From Bacteroidales bacterium (GTDB lineage: Bacteria > Bacteroidota > Bacteroidia > Bacteroidales > UBA932), in assembly GCA_015060205.1 (NCBI GenBank), contig SUYY01000002.1, positions 1,719 through 65,718 on the forward strand: a stretch of DNA of 64,000 bases, given 5' to 3'. Numbering within the stretch: the first letter of the stretch is position 1; every line of letters starts with the position of its first letter. Positions 9,651 through 20,335 of the stretch are shown here, one piece after another. The notes beneath the pieces were generated by a model, which saw only the letters and a program-made list of their open reading frames with translations, was not told the origin of the DNA and made no database searches. Made by a program: the position numbers and the translations under genes.

Positions 9651-10952
9651 TTAGAAATTGTGGTAGTGCGGACCGAAGCGCTCGAAGGCTGCCCTGTCGA
9701 GTTCTTCCTGATGGTCAGGGTGGGCGATGCTTATGAGAAGTTTTGCCCTTTCCTGCATTGATTTTCCGTAAAGGTCAACTGAACCGAATTCGGTCACGAC
9801 ATAATGTACATGAGGTCTTGTGGTCACCACTCCGCCGCCTTCAATGATTGTCGGTGCAATCTTGCTGCCGCCTTTGTTCGTGCATGAAGGCATGGCGATG
9901 ATGGCCTTTCCCTGAGGGGCAAGAGATGCTCCATATACAAAATCCACCTGACCTCCGACTCCGGAGTAGAAACGTGTTCCTATTGAATCGGCGCAGACCT
10001 GACCGGTGAGGTCTATCTGGACTGCTGAGTTGATTGCAGTCATCTTTGGATTCTTCGAGATGACGAAAGGATCATTGGTATATCCCACGTCCATCATGGA
10101 TACCATCGGGTTGTCGTCGATGAAGTCATAGACCTTCTGTGAACCCATGAGGAAGGTGGAGACGAGTTTACCTTTGTCGGTCACCTTGTTCGCTCCTGTG
10201 ATCACGCCTTTTTCAACAAGTTCGAGCACGCCGTCAGCAAACATCTCGGTGTGGATTCCGAGATCCTTGTGGCCGCCTAACTGTGCCAGGACCGCATTCG
10301 GAATCGCTCCGATACCCATCTGCAGACATGCACCGTCGTCTATGAGAGCCGCACAATGCTTTCCGATGGCGATTTCCACTTCGTTCGGCTCGCTGAAATG
10401 TGCAGGCTCAAGAGGGGTGTCGCCTTCTACGAATATATCAATCATCTCCATAGGAATCATAGCCTGACCCCAGGCGCGAGGAACGTTTCTGTTCACTACG
10501 GCAATCACCGTCTTCGCACATTCTATCGCAGCCAGAGTTGCGTCTACGGATGTTCCTAAAGATACATATCCGTGCTTGTCAGGAGGACAGACCTGGATCA
10601 TCGCCACGTCGCATGGCAGAGCACCGCATCTGTACAGTTTCTGGGTCTCGCTCAGGAATACAGGAATATAGTCGGCATATCCTGCCTGAACCGACTTGCG
10701 GACATTCGCTCCCACGAAGAAACCCTGATGGAAGAACACACCCTCAAACTTCGGGTCTGCATATGGCGCAGGACCTTCAGTGTGGAGATGGTGGATCCGG
10801 ACGTCCTTCAGTTCCCCGGCCTCGCCCCTTGCACAAAGGGCGTCAATAAGAATCTTAGGCGCGCTGGCCACACTGCTCAGATGGATGTGGTCGCCCGACT
10901 TGACGACCTTCACAGCCTCCTGGGCTGTTACATATTTGATTTCTTTAAGCAT
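9651..10952 (-). CDS. Acetyl-CoA hydrolase/CoA-transferase (4-hydroxybutyrate CoA-transferase-like)
   Basis: LQMGIGAIPNAV, HTEM and SGVGGQVDF motifs; start ATG 10952 follows the promoter box at 10972-10979. Confidence 0.9.
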   Translation of the reverse strand: MLKEIKYVTAQEAVKVVKSGDHIHLSSVASAPKILIDALCARGEAGELKDVRIHHLHTEGPAPYADPKFEGVFFHQGFFVGANVRKSVQAGYADYIPVFLSETQKLYRCGALPCDVAMIQVCPPDKHGYVSLGTSVDATLAAIECAKTVIAVVNRNVPRAWGQAMIPMEMIDIFVEGDTPLEPAHFSEPNEVEIAIGKHCAALIDDGACLQMGIGAIPNAVLAQLGGHKDLGIHTEMFADGVLELVEKGVITGANKVTDKGKLVSTFLMGSQKVYDFIDDNPMVSMMDVGYTNDPFVISKNPKMTAINSAVQIDLTGQVCADSIGTRFYSGVGGQVDFVYGASLAPQGKAIIAMPSCTNKGGSKIAPTIIEGGGVVTTRPHVHYVVTEFGSVDLYGKSMQERAKLLISIAHPDHQEELDRAAFERFGPHYHNF

Positions 10953-11014
10953 GACATTTCGTTTAAGCCTCCAAAGATAGTTATTTTTCACATATTTGCT
11001 AACTTTGCATCATT

Positions 11015-11833
11015 ATGCATACAAGAGAACAAAAACTGCAGGCATTCGGGAGAATACTCGACGTGCTTGATGAATTGAGGGAGAAATGCCCTTGGGACCG
11101 CAAACAGACCAATGAGTCCCTGCGTCCGCAGACTATAGAAGAAGTGTATGAACTCAGTGGAGCCATATTGAACGGTGACGAGAGGGAACTTTCCAAGGAA
11201 CTTGGAGACGTCCTTCTTCATGTGCTTTTCTATGCCAAGATAGGGGAGGAGAAGCAGCATTATGATATTGTCGATGTGATAAATTTCCTTTGTGACAAGT
11301 TAATCTACCGTCATCCGCATGTATTCTCTACTGCGGAGGTGGGCAGTGCAGAGGACGTCGTCAAGCAGTGGGAGATGCTCAAGACAAAGGAGAAGGACGG
11401 AAACAAGACAGTACTCTCCGGTGTTCCGGACTCTCTTCCGCCGCTTCTGAAGGCCTACCGTATGCAGGACAAGGCGCGTGGAGTAGGCTTTGACTGGGAG
11501 AAGAAGGAAGATGTGTGGGAGAAGGTCAAGGAGGAGATGGGTGAATATCAGGCTGAACTCGACGCAATGGCGTCTGCCTCTTCCGAGCAGGAGCGTAAGG
11601 ATGCATATGACAGGGCTGAGGAGGAACTCGGTGACTTCCTTTTTGCTACGGTGAATGCCGCACGTCTCTACGGTCTGAACCCTGATACCGCTCTGGAACG
11701 CACATGCGCGAAATTCCGCCGCAGATTCACATATCTCGAAGAACAGACCATCCGCAAGGGACGTGACCTGAAGGAGATGTCACTTGCCGAGATGGATGCA
11801 ATATGGGACGAAGGTAAAGCGAAGGGACTATGA
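11015..11833 (+). CDS. mazG: Nucleoside triphosphate pyrophosphohydrolase MazG
   Basis: CPWDRKQT, EEVYE, ELGDVL and RHPHVF, then a second domain with EELGDFLF. Confidence 0.95.
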   Translation: MHTREQKLQAFGRILDVLDELREKCPWDRKQTNESLRPQTIEEVYELSGAILNGDERELSKELGDVLLHVLFYAKIGEEKQHYDIVDVINFLCDKLIYRHPHVFSTAEVGSAEDVVKQWEMLKTKEKDGNKTVLSGVPDSLPPLLKAYRMQDKARGVGFDWEKKEDVWEKVKEEMGEYQAELDAMASASSEQERKDAYDRAEEELGDFLFATVNAARLYGLNPDTALERTCAKFRRRFTYLEEQTIRKGRDLKEMSLAEMDAIWDEGKAKGL

Positions 11834-12612
11834 TATACGGCTGGCAGGAAAGGACTGCAATGCTGGTGGGAGAGGATATGCTTGAGCATTTCCGCAATTC
11901 CACCGTTGCAGTCATAGGTGTGGGAGGCGTCGGAGGATATGCTGCAGAGATGATTGTACGGGCAGGTGTCGGTCATCTGATTATCCTGGACAGCGATGAT
12001 GTGTCGGTCTCGAACAAGAACCGTCAACTTCTCGCTCTGGATTCCACGGTGGGAAGATCAAAATGTGATGTGCTTGCAGAGCGTCTCAAGGATATTGATC
12101 CGTCGCTCGACCTGGTCGTGCTGAAACAGTATCTTGAAGCGGAAAAGGCTGCAGAGGTGCTGGGAGGGTTCAAGATAGATTTCCTGGTGGATGCAATCGA
12201 TACGCTTTCTCCGAAACTTCACCTTATCAGATATTGCGTGGACAACTCCATCCCTCTGGTTTCATCCATGGGAGCAGGTGCCAAGTTCGATGCTACCAAA
12301 GTCCGTCTTACAGATGTTTCCAAATCGTTCAATTGCCCTCTGGCATATATTGTCCGCAAGAAACTGCGTCATATGGGCATACGGAAAGGATTCAAGGTGG
12401 TCTTTTCGGAGGAACTTCCCGACAAGGATTCGATAGTTCCGTGCGAGGACCGCAACAAGAAGTCCCAGGTGGGCACCATTTCATATATTCCTGCGGTGTT
12501 CGGCTGTGTCTGTGCCCAGGCCGCTATACAACACCTGATGGAAACTGCGCCCCATTCTGATTCTTCTTCAGTCATTTCGAGTTCTTCTCCTGTCATTTCG
12601 AGTGAAGCGTAG
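11830..12612 (+). CDS. tcdA: tRNA threonylcarbamoyladenosine dehydratase TcdA (ThiF family)
   Basis: GVGGVGG, NKNRQL, DAID, SSMGAG and VVFSEE motifs; the C-terminal tail is encoded by a repeat element. Confidence 0.85.
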   Translation: MIYGWQERTAMLVGEDMLEHFRNSTVAVIGVGGVGGYAAEMIVRAGVGHLIILDSDDVSVSNKNRQLLALDSTVGRSKCDVLAERLKDIDPSLDLVVLKQYLEAEKAAEVLGGFKIDFLVDAIDTLSPKLHLIRYCVDNSIPLVSSMGAGAKFDATKVRLTDVSKSFNCPLAYIVRKKLRHMGIRKGFKVVFSEELPDKDSIVPCEDRNKKSQVGTISYIPAVFGCVCAQAAIQHLMETAPHSDSSSVISSSSPVISSEA

Positions 12613-12628
12613 CGGAATCGAGAAATCT
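12571..12628 (+). repeat. GTCAT-tagged palindromic REP-like element with a duplicated left end
   Basis: GTCATTTCGAG occurs twice (12571, 12592); the second copy continues TGAAGCGTAGCGGAATCGAGAAATCT. Confidence 0.7.
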
Positions 12629-12660
12629 TTATTATCTTTGCACGCTTAAACAAACCATAT

Positions 12661-13743
12661 ATGGCAGAAAATACACTTTTGGAGAAGGTTTTGGGCCTTC
12701 AGGAAAAATATGAGGCACTTCAGGCACAACTTTCAGATCCTGAGGTCATTTCAGACATGAAGAAATTCGTACAACTCAACAAGGAGTACAAGGAACTTAC
12801 TCCTATCATCGAGGCTGGAAACGAATTCAAGAGGATTCTTGAGAATTATGAGATGGCGAAGGATATCCTCGCTACTGAAAAGGACGAGGACCTGCGTGAA
12901 ATGGCCAAGGAAGAGATTGCTGAGATAGAACCTACTCTTCCGGAGTGGGAGGAGCGAATCAAACTTCTTCTTATTCCTGCCGACCCACAGGACAGCAAGA
13001 ACGCGATTCTTGAGATCCGTGGCGGTTCCGGCGGTGACGAGGCTGCCATATTTGCCGGTGACCTTTTCCGTATGTATACAAAATACTGCGAGACCCGAGG
13101 ATGGCGTATGGAAGTCACCAACCAGGCGGAAGGTGCTGCGGGCGGATTCAAGGAAATCGTCTGCAAGGTTTCCGGTGAAGGAGTATATGGAGTCCTGAAA
13201 TATGAGTCGGGAGTGCACCGTGTGCAGCGTGTGCCTCAGACCGAGACTCAGGGCCGTGTCCACACCTCTGCTGCATCAGTTGCAGTTCTTCCGGAGGCAG
13301 ATGAGTTTGATATCGAACTCAATATGAACGATATACGCAAGGATACATTCTGCTCGTCAGGTCCTGGCGGACAGTCTGTGAACACGACATATTCGGCAAT
13401 CCGTCTTACTCATATCCCATCAGGTATCGTGGTTCAGTGTCAGGATGAGAAGTCCCAACTCAAGAACTTCGACAAGGCACTTGCCGAACTCCGTACACGT
13501 CTGTACAATATGGAATATGAGAAATATCTTGCGGAGATCTCTGCCAAGCGCAAGACCATGGTTGCAGGTGGTGACCGTTCGGCAAAGATCCGAACCTACA
13601 ACTACCCTCAGTCACGAGTGACCGACCATCGTATCAACTATACCATGTATAACCTTCCGGTGTTCATGGATGGAGCGATCCAGGAGGTACTTGACCAACT
13701 TCAGATTGCGGAGAATGCTGAGAGACTTAAGGCTGCGGAGTAG
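12661..13743 (+). CDS. prfA: Peptide chain release factor 1
   Basis: PQT (PxT) specificity motif and GGQ motif; promoter TATCTTTG at 12633-12640. Confidence 0.97.
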   Translation: MAENTLLEKVLGLQEKYEALQAQLSDPEVISDMKKFVQLNKEYKELTPIIEAGNEFKRILENYEMAKDILATEKDEDLREMAKEEIAEIEPTLPEWEERIKLLLIPADPQDSKNAILEIRGGSGGDEAAIFAGDLFRMYTKYCETRGWRMEVTNQAEGAAGGFKEIVCKVSGEGVYGVLKYESGVHRVQRVPQTETQGRVHTSAASVAVLPEADEFDIELNMNDIRKDTFCSSGPGGQSVNTTYSAIRLTHIPSGIVVQCQDEKSQLKNFDKALAELRTRLYNMEYEKYLAEISAKRKTMVAGGDRSAKIRTYNYPQSRVTDHRINYTMYNLPVFMDGAIQEVLDQLQIAENAERLKAAE

Positions 13744-13744
13744 G

Positions 13745-14236
13745 ATGAAGAAGATCGCAAATCCTTATGTCGGGCTTGAAGAACAAGGTTACAACTGCTT
13801 CGCGTGCTGCCCGGGCAATCCTTATGGTCTGAAAATGGAGTTCTACGAGGACGGTGACGATATCGTCTGCATGTGGGAGCCACGGGAAAACTATCAGAGT
13901 TGGATAAATACCCTCCATGGGGGAATCCAGGCCACTCTGATGGATGAGATAGGAGGATGGGTCGTTAACCGTAAACTTCAGACTGCCGGCGTGACCACAC
14001 AGTTGAATGTTAAATACAGGAACCCGGTACCCGCAGGTGAGGGTGTGGTTCTCGAGATAAGGGCACGTCTGAAGGAAATGAAAAGGAATTTCGCCTTCAT
14101 CGAGGCATCCATTTCACACGAAGGCAAGATATGTTCGACATGCGAAATGGTATATTTTACAGTCTCCAAAGAAAAGGCATCCGCTGATTTCTTCTTCAAC
14201 GGATGCGAACTTGAGGAAGATCAGAAAGGACGGTAG
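13745..14236 (+). CDS. PaaI family thioesterase
   Basis: CFAC...NPYGLKMEF and LHGGIQATLMDE hot-dog-fold motifs; start ATG 13745. Confidence 0.85.
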   Translation: MKKIANPYVGLEEQGYNCFACCPGNPYGLKMEFYEDGDDIVCMWEPRENYQSWINTLHGGIQATLMDEIGGWVVNRKLQTAGVTTQLNVKYRNPVPAGEGVVLEIRARLKEMKRNFAFIEASISHEGKICSTCEMVYFTVSKEKASADFFFNGCELEEDQKGR

Positions 14237-14829
14237 GTGTCCAGTCTGAAATCAAACCAGCAGTCGATCACGACAGTCCCGTCTTCTTCAGTATGGGAAA
14301 CATAGCGGCAGGGGAACTTCTTTCCTGCCGTTCCTGTATATATATACCCTCCGTTACCATCTGATTCGATTGTGACACCATTATATTCCACCGGGAGTTG
14401 TACCGGACCTTGTACATCTGTCTCCTCTTCCGTCTGTGAAGAGTCCGTATCAGGGGACTCTTCAGATGATCCGTTCTCGGAAGCATCTGCCCGGAGGTCT
14501 TCCAGATAACTGAGTTTGAGGAATCTTCCTGTGAGTTCCTCTATCTGCCACACCAGAGAGTCGACTGTCAGTGTGTTTCCCGGCTCCGTCATGTAGTAGT
14601 TGAATATTCCCTTTCTACCTTCTATACAGCATAGACTGTCCCTATAGAAGGATATGGCGCTATATTCACATGAGTTGTTCTGATAGACGGTCTCTCCGTT
14701 GAAATAGTATATGCTTTCAGAAGATTTCCAGTTGCCCATAGGGTTGTCAAGAGGTCCGAGATAAACCTCTGGCTTGCACGATAATCCAAGGGTCAGGGCA
14801 AGAGTAAATGCAAAGATCGTTTTTTTCAT
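14221..14829 (-). CDS. Hypothetical lipoprotein (lipocalin-like N-terminal domain)
   Basis: Lipobox GLSC, MGNWK motif and an acidic linker; coupled to the prmA stop. Confidence 0.55.
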   Translation of the reverse strand: MKKTIFAFTLALTLGLSCKPEVYLGPLDNPMGNWKSSESIYYFNGETVYQNNSCEYSAISFYRDSLCCIEGRKGIFNYYMTEPGNTLTVDSLVWQIEELTGRFLKLSYLEDLRADASENGSSEESPDTDSSQTEEETDVQGPVQLPVEYNGVTIESDGNGGYIYTGTAGKKFPCRYVSHTEEDGTVVIDCWFDFRLDTYRPF

Positions 14830-15683
14830 TTTCTGACGAATTTAATGCAGCACCAGTTGTCTATGCTGTCGTGACTGACATATTCAAGACCAGCATTCTG
14901 TGCCACTGCTGTTATCATAGGCATGTCCTCGAGGTAGAATCCGCTCACAAAAAGAAGACCGTTCCTGTGCAGGCATAACGAATATGTCGGTATGTCCTGA
15001 AGAAGTATGTTTCTGTTGATGTTTGCGAGAAGCACATCATATGAATTTCTCTGAAGAAGCGATGCGTCTCCGCAATATGTCTCGATCACCTTGCCGACTC
15101 TGTTCAGACGGGCGTTGTCATATGCAGAGATTGCTGCCACCGCATCGATATCCACTCCATATACATGCGATGCCTTCATCTTGGCGGCAAGAATGGCAAG
15201 GACTGCTGTGCCGCATCCCATATCCATCACCACCTTGCCTTTTACGGCATCCTCGTTCTGGAGCAGCGCCCGGCACATCATATATGTGGTCTGGTGATGA
15301 CCTGTACCGAATGCCATCTTGGGATCAATGGTGATATTGTATCTGGTCTTACGGAGCCCTTCATGGAAGGAAGCCTTTATGGTGCAGAGACCATCCACAA
15401 CGATAGGGGTGAACTGGCTTTCCCATACGGCATTCCAGTTGACTGCCGGGATGAGGGCTGATGTGTGTTCCACTTCGAATCCATAGTCTTCCATTCCGCT
15501 CAATACCACTTTAAGGGCTTGCTGGTCAAATAGTTCCTTCTGTATGTAACATTTCAGGTAAGGATCTTCTGTCGTAAATGATTCAAATGGAAGTTCGCTG
15601 ATTTCTGCCGTAAGGATTTCGGCATTCTCATCGCTGAATGGCGTTATCTTTACGCTCACTTCAATATATTCCTGACTATTCAT
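14826..15683 (-). CDS. prmA: Ribosomal protein L11 methyltransferase
   Basis: IDPKMAFGTGHHQTT, DMGCGTAVL and LANINRN motifs; start ATG 15683. Confidence 0.95.
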   Translation of the reverse strand: MNSQEYIEVSVKITPFSDENAEILTAEISELPFESFTTEDPYLKCYIQKELFDQQALKVVLSGMEDYGFEVEHTSALIPAVNWNAVWESQFTPIVVDGLCTIKASFHEGLRKTRYNITIDPKMAFGTGHHQTTYMMCRALLQNEDAVKGKVVMDMGCGTAVLAILAAKMKASHVYGVDIDAVAAISAYDNARLNRVGKVIETYCGDASLLQRNSYDVLLANINRNILLQDIPTYSLCLHRNGLLFVSGFYLEDMPMITAVAQNAGLEYVSHDSIDNWCCIKFVRK

Positions 15684-18600
15684 CTGTATTTTCTGTTTGA
15701 TTTGCCTGTTCTGCTTCAAGTTGTGCCTGCTCGTCTGCAGAGAGTTCCTCGAGTTTCTGGTCTACTGCCTGCACATATCCTATGTTCTTCTTATGCTCCT
15801 CTATTATGCTCATCTTTTTGTTCTCGTCGATGGCTGCATCTACACCCTTGCTGAAGATATTTCTTATAGACTGCACGAGATTCACCTTGGTGTCGTCTAT
15901 AACCGATGAGAATACAGGAATGTTTCTGTTCCTGTACTTTGCGCGTCCGATCTTGAATTTCATATTGTCGAAATCCTGACCGTAGATGTCCATTCCGAGT
16001 TTGATCAGGAATGGAGACTTGATGAGTGAGGCGTGGTATCTGTAGGACATGTCCATATTCTGAACTCCGCTCAGTCCGAGTATATATCTGTCCATTTCAA
16101 GTATGAACGGGAATATCTCCACCTTGCTGTCCTTGATCACTCCCTCCACAGTCATTTTGTCTATATGACCTTCCTTCTTGTTCCTGAACAGGAGGAGTCT
16201 TGCAAGTTTCCTGAACATGTCGTTGTTCTTTATCGTCAGGTCTTCACCTCCGATGCGCATGATGCCGTTGATGCTCGGCATTATTATGTTCATGTTCGTG
16301 TCCAGACCTGCCGTGGCTGCCATTTCGCAGTTCAGAAGACCTCCGAACGATTTCAGCAGAGGCATGAGTGTGTCGACAGAAGGCATGAGGTTGATTACCT
16401 TTTCCGCTGTGATGTCCTTGAAACTTATGCTGAATCCGGTCTGTATGTCCTTCTTGCTTCGGGTTGCATAGAATCCTTCGAGGTTGATCTCACCCATGTT
16501 TGTGAGTGCCTGTGTGTTGGTTACCTGCACGCATCTTTCCTTGACCAGGAGGTCTGCTGTCATCAGGTCGATCTGCAGGTCTGAATAGTAGGTGTTGCCG
16601 GCAAAAAATGATATGTCGGCATTCAGGTTGGCCGGTACGACTAACAGTGATGATGCAGACTGGACCTGAGTCGAGTCAATCTCGATGCTTTCCATAAATT
16701 CTTCATCGCTTGCATCTGCAGTGCCGGATGCGGTCTCCGGGTTGAAGTTGCTTCCGGTCGTGTATGCCGCCAGAAGTTGATTGACATTAAGTTCATTGGA
16801 GAGAATGTCGGCATTGAGTTTCAAAGTGCCTTTCCTTCCAAGAAGTGCCCGCTTGAGTCCTGTGAGTTCTCCGGTCATCGAGATGTCCGAGTCTCCTGAC
16901 TTCACTTTGAAATCGTTTATGGCAATCCTGTCATTGGTGAAATCGAGATTGAAACCCCGCAAAGTGTTCCTCAGAGGGAAGTAAGGAGTCATCACAGTAC
17001 CGTTCTTGACTGTGAATCTGCCCTTGAGGTCCCAGTCCCTGAAGTATTTCGCCATGGTCTTGTCCAGACTTATGTCGATATCCTGCTTCCTGAAGTCCTC
17101 CTCTTTCATCCATTCAGGAACTGCTTCCTTTCCGCTTCTGGCTCTCATATACAGGAAAAGCGAATCCTTAGGCACGTCCGGGTAGACTCTTGCAAGAGAA
17201 TCCCTCATCGCCCTCATCTTCTGTCTCCTTTCCACAGTGTTCATTGCTGCGCTCGCACTTATATCTGCATTGCTTACAGTTGCCCTGTTGTGGTCGGATT
17301 TGAGGAAAATCTTCTTGTTTTTGCTGCTGAATGTGAGCACAGGCACCTTCGGCTGACCTTTCTTCGGGAATATGTTGAAACTGTTGTTGCTTTCATCAAG
17401 TCTGATGGTGGTGCCTTCAGAATCTTTCAAAGTCAGTTTTCCGGCACTTACACGTCCGCTGAACGGATGTATCTTCCTGACGGTGTCCGCCTGACTTTCC
17501 TTGTCCATCACATTCTTGGCGGATATCTTGAAGTCTTCGGCCTTCAGGTGTGCTGCTCTCTTGTATGAAATGTCCGCTTTTGCAATCTCTCCGCTTATGC
17601 CCATCAGCCTGAATGTCTTTGTCGAGTCTCGGAGGGATTCCTTGTCTTCAGGACCGAGGACTATGCGTAGTCCATGTACGTCGGCATTGATGGTGTCCTT
17701 CTGCATGTTTACATAAATGCGGTCACTTACAACTTCTCCCGTCATTGATGAATTTGAGAAATTATACAGGTCAAGTTGAGACAGATATGCGCTTCCGAGA
17801 ATCTTTGCGCTCATGCTTCCGGATGCTTTTATGCCCAATGTGTCCGGGATGAACCTCGCAAGAGAATCGATATCTGCAGCAAGTGAGCAGTCTGCTGCTA
17901 TCAGAGGATCCGCGCCCAATGCATCCGTGACCTTGCCACTCGCCTTGATGGCAGCACCCCTGATGGCTGCTTCCAGTGATTCGAGACAGACGTCGATCCT
18001 TCCTGACTCATCTGTCGCTGCCTTTACGTCAAGACTCAGGTCGAGAGCCTGTTCCGGTATCGATGGGTGGGTGAGGGTAGTCTCAGGAATACGTGCCCTT
18101 GCTGCAAACTCGGTCTTTTCATCGAATCTGACATCCGCATCGACGTTTACAGGTATATCCAGGATCTCTATCCGGAGTCCTTCTGTGCGGATCTCCGGCA
18201 CATTTCCTTCCGGGAAGGACAGTACTCCCGCTATCCTTGCCGGAACCTTAAGTCTTCCGAAAGAGCCTGTGGCCAGGTATGCCTTTGCTTCCGCATCTAT
18301 ATTGACCTCTCTTCCTTTCTCATGCAGGTATAGTCTGTCCAATCCGGCAGCAATCGTGTCCCGACCCATCCTTCCTGCCACGAACATGCTGTCCAGCGTA
18401 AGACCCGTCCTGCTCCTGTGCATCTTGTGCGGCTTTATCTTTCCGTCGAGAGAGAGCCTCTTGAGGTTGATCATGGCAAACAGAGTGTCCTTGCTGTCGG
18501 TATATACTATGTGCGGCTTTCCCGTCATCATGATTGTGCCGATGGCTATCTTAGGCATGCCGGTATCTGTCGTGTCTTCCTCCTCCTCTGAATCGCCTGT

Positions 18601-19065
18601 GATGAACATGTCCCAGTTTGCCTTTCCGTCAGCATAACTGTGGGCGAATATCCTCGGATTGTCAAGTCTCAGATACGGTACGCTTATGGTTCCGGTCAGC
18701 AGGGCAGGCAGGTTGACTCCTACGGAAAGCCTTCTGAATGATGCCAGGGTGTCTGCCTGCTCAGAACAGCCCTTGTACATCAGATGACCTTGTACTCCCG
18801 CCTTTTCAGATTCGTCGAACCTGTCAGAAGGGTAGGTTATATGAAAATCTTCCAGGGTAAGTGTGGTGGCAGGGAATCTTCTGAACATCGAAGCCGATAC
18901 GTTTCCGAAGTGTATGTCTCCGTCGACGTATTCCGAGGCTATCCTGCTTATGATGCGGGTAGGAATGCCTGTGGAAAGCACTATTTCCAATGCAATCAGA
19001 AGGGACAGGACTGCAACTGCTGTCCAGAGTATGGTCTTGAGAACTATCCTGATGATTCTTTTCAT
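15676..19065 (-). CDS. AsmA-like family protein
   Basis: 1129 aa with an N-terminal TM anchor, a GKANWD motif and a beta-rich body. Confidence 0.75.
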   Translation of the reverse strand: MKRIIRIVLKTILWTAVAVLSLLIALEIVLSTGIPTRIISRIASEYVDGDIHFGNVSASMFRRFPATTLTLEDFHITYPSDRFDESEKAGVQGHLMYKGCSEQADTLASFRRLSVGVNLPALLTGTISVPYLRLDNPRIFAHSYADGKANWDMFITGDSEEEEDTTDTGMPKIAIGTIMMTGKPHIVYTDSKDTLFAMINLKRLSLDGKIKPHKMHRSRTGLTLDSMFVAGRMGRDTIAAGLDRLYLHEKGREVNIDAEAKAYLATGSFGRLKVPARIAGVLSFPEGNVPEIRTEGLRIEILDIPVNVDADVRFDEKTEFAARARIPETTLTHPSIPEQALDLSLDVKAATDESGRIDVCLESLEAAIRGAAIKASGKVTDALGADPLIAADCSLAADIDSLARFIPDTLGIKASGSMSAKILGSAYLSQLDLYNFSNSSMTGEVVSDRIYVNMQKDTINADVHGLRIVLGPEDKESLRDSTKTFRLMGISGEIAKADISYKRAAHLKAEDFKISAKNVMDKESQADTVRKIHPFSGRVSAGKLTLKDSEGTTIRLDESNNSFNIFPKKGQPKVPVLTFSSKNKKIFLKSDHNRATVSNADISASAAMNTVERRQKMRAMRDSLARVYPDVPKDSLFLYMRARSGKEAVPEWMKEEDFRKQDIDISLDKTMAKYFRDWDLKGRFTVKNGTVMTPYFPLRNTLRGFNLDFTNDRIAINDFKVKSGDSDISMTGELTGLKRALLGRKGTLKLNADILSNELNVNQLLAAYTTGSNFNPETASGTADASDEEFMESIEIDSTQVQSASSLLVVPANLNADISFFAGNTYYSDLQIDLMTADLLVKERCVQVTNTQALTNMGEINLEGFYATRSKKDIQTGFSISFKDITAEKVINLMPSVDTLMPLLKSFGGLLNCEMAATAGLDTNMNIIMPSINGIMRIGGEDLTIKNNDMFRKLARLLLFRNKKEGHIDKMTVEGVIKDSKVEIFPFILEMDRYILGLSGVQNMDMSYRYHASLIKSPFLIKLGMDIYGQDFDNMKFKIGRAKYRNRNIPVFSSVIDDTKVNLVQSIRNIFSKGVDAAIDENKKMSIIEEHKKNIGYVQAVDQKLEELSADEQAQLEAEQANQTENTDE

Positions 19066-19195
19066 ATGAACCGGTTTTTCTTAAACTCACAAATGTAATT
19101 AAAATATATGAGATTCCATACCTATTGTCTATAACAAAATTGTTTTCTAAATTTGCCACATAAAGTGTGAAATCATCCCTTGAGAAACTTGGATT

Positions 19196-20335
19196 ATGAA
19201 TAAGCCATTTGTTTACGACAAATACGTCACAGGAAAATGCTTTGTCGGCAGAAAGTACGACTGCATGATTCTCGGGAACCTTCTTGATGCCAGAGAAAAT
19301 GTGGTGATGTATGAGCCGCCCAAGAGCGGAAAGATGTCTGTCATCCAGCAGACTTTATACAATATGCGTGAGGCTGCCAAGCAGTTTACCGTCATACATG
19401 TCAACATGTTCAATGTCAGGACTCTGGAGGATTTTCTCGTCAAGTTCGGAACGGCTCTGATCCGTCCTATGTTCTCGACGGCCCAGGAATACTCGGATGT
19501 GGTGGAGAAATATCTTTCGGATACTCACTTTGTCTTTGACAAGACTCGTTTTGCAGTCGCTGACGAGGTCGTTTCCATGAACTGGGAGGCCGATATGAAC
19601 GATGTCGAGAAGATGTTCAGATTCCCGTTCCTTCTTGCGGCAGCAAAAGGCACAGTCTTTCATATCATCCTCGAGGAGTTCCATAACATAATGAACGACA
19701 AGGATTTCGAGGACGCTCTGAAGGTTATGGAAAAGGTTCTTGCCGAAAAGGATAAGTCCGTTTCGTTCATATTCACCGGATCAAGGGTGAATGCAATGAA
19801 ATATATATTTGCGGAGAAGAAGTTCTTCTACCGTCAGGTGGAATACCTGCCTTTGCAGAAAGTTGATGATTCCGAGATCACCGAGCATATCGTCCGTGGT
19901 TTCATGATAGGCGGAAAAGTGGTCGAGAGGGAACTCATAATGGGTGCTTGCAACCTTTTCAGAGGTCAGATGTGGTATCTTAACCATTTCACATCCATCT
20001 GTGACAATCTCACCAAGGGCTATATAAACGAAGGCATATTGATGCAGGCGCTCAATATACTTCTTTCGATTCACGAACCTCGTTTCATGGCAGTCATTGA
20101 CGACCTTACTGACCATCAGTTGAGTCTCCTGCGCGCAGTTCTGGACGGTGTGACAAAATTCAGCGCTTCGGATGTGATCGAGAAATATGCTCTCAATTCA
20201 TCTGCAAATGTACGCAGGGTCAAGGATGCCCTCAAGAAGAAGGAGGTCATAACCTTCAATGAGAAGGATGAACCCGTCATTCTGGATCCTCTCTTTGAAT
20301 ATTGGGTAGGAAAGAAATATTTCGGAATAAGATGA
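19196..20335 (+). CDS. Archaeal-ATPase-family P-loop protein with probable C-terminal wHTH; Walker motifs degenerate
   Basis: NKPF...FVGR N-terminus, EPPKSGKMS (Walker A), IILEEFH (Walker B), FTGS and DPLFEYW. Confidence 0.7.
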   Translation: MNKPFVYDKYVTGKCFVGRKYDCMILGNLLDARENVVMYEPPKSGKMSVIQQTLYNMREAAKQFTVIHVNMFNVRTLEDFLVKFGTALIRPMFSTAQEYSDVVEKYLSDTHFVFDKTRFAVADEVVSMNWEADMNDVEKMFRFPFLLAAAKGTVFHIILEEFHNIMNDKDFEDALKVMEKVLAEKDKSVSFIFTGSRVNAMKYIFAEKKFFYRQVEYLPLQKVDDSEITEHIVRGFMIGGKVVERELIMGACNLFRGQMWYLNHFTSICDNLTKGYINEGILMQALNILLSIHEPRFMAVIDDLTDHQLSLLRAVLDGVTKFSASDVIEKYALNSSANVRRVKDALKKKEVITFNEKDEPVILDPLFEYWVGKKYFGIR

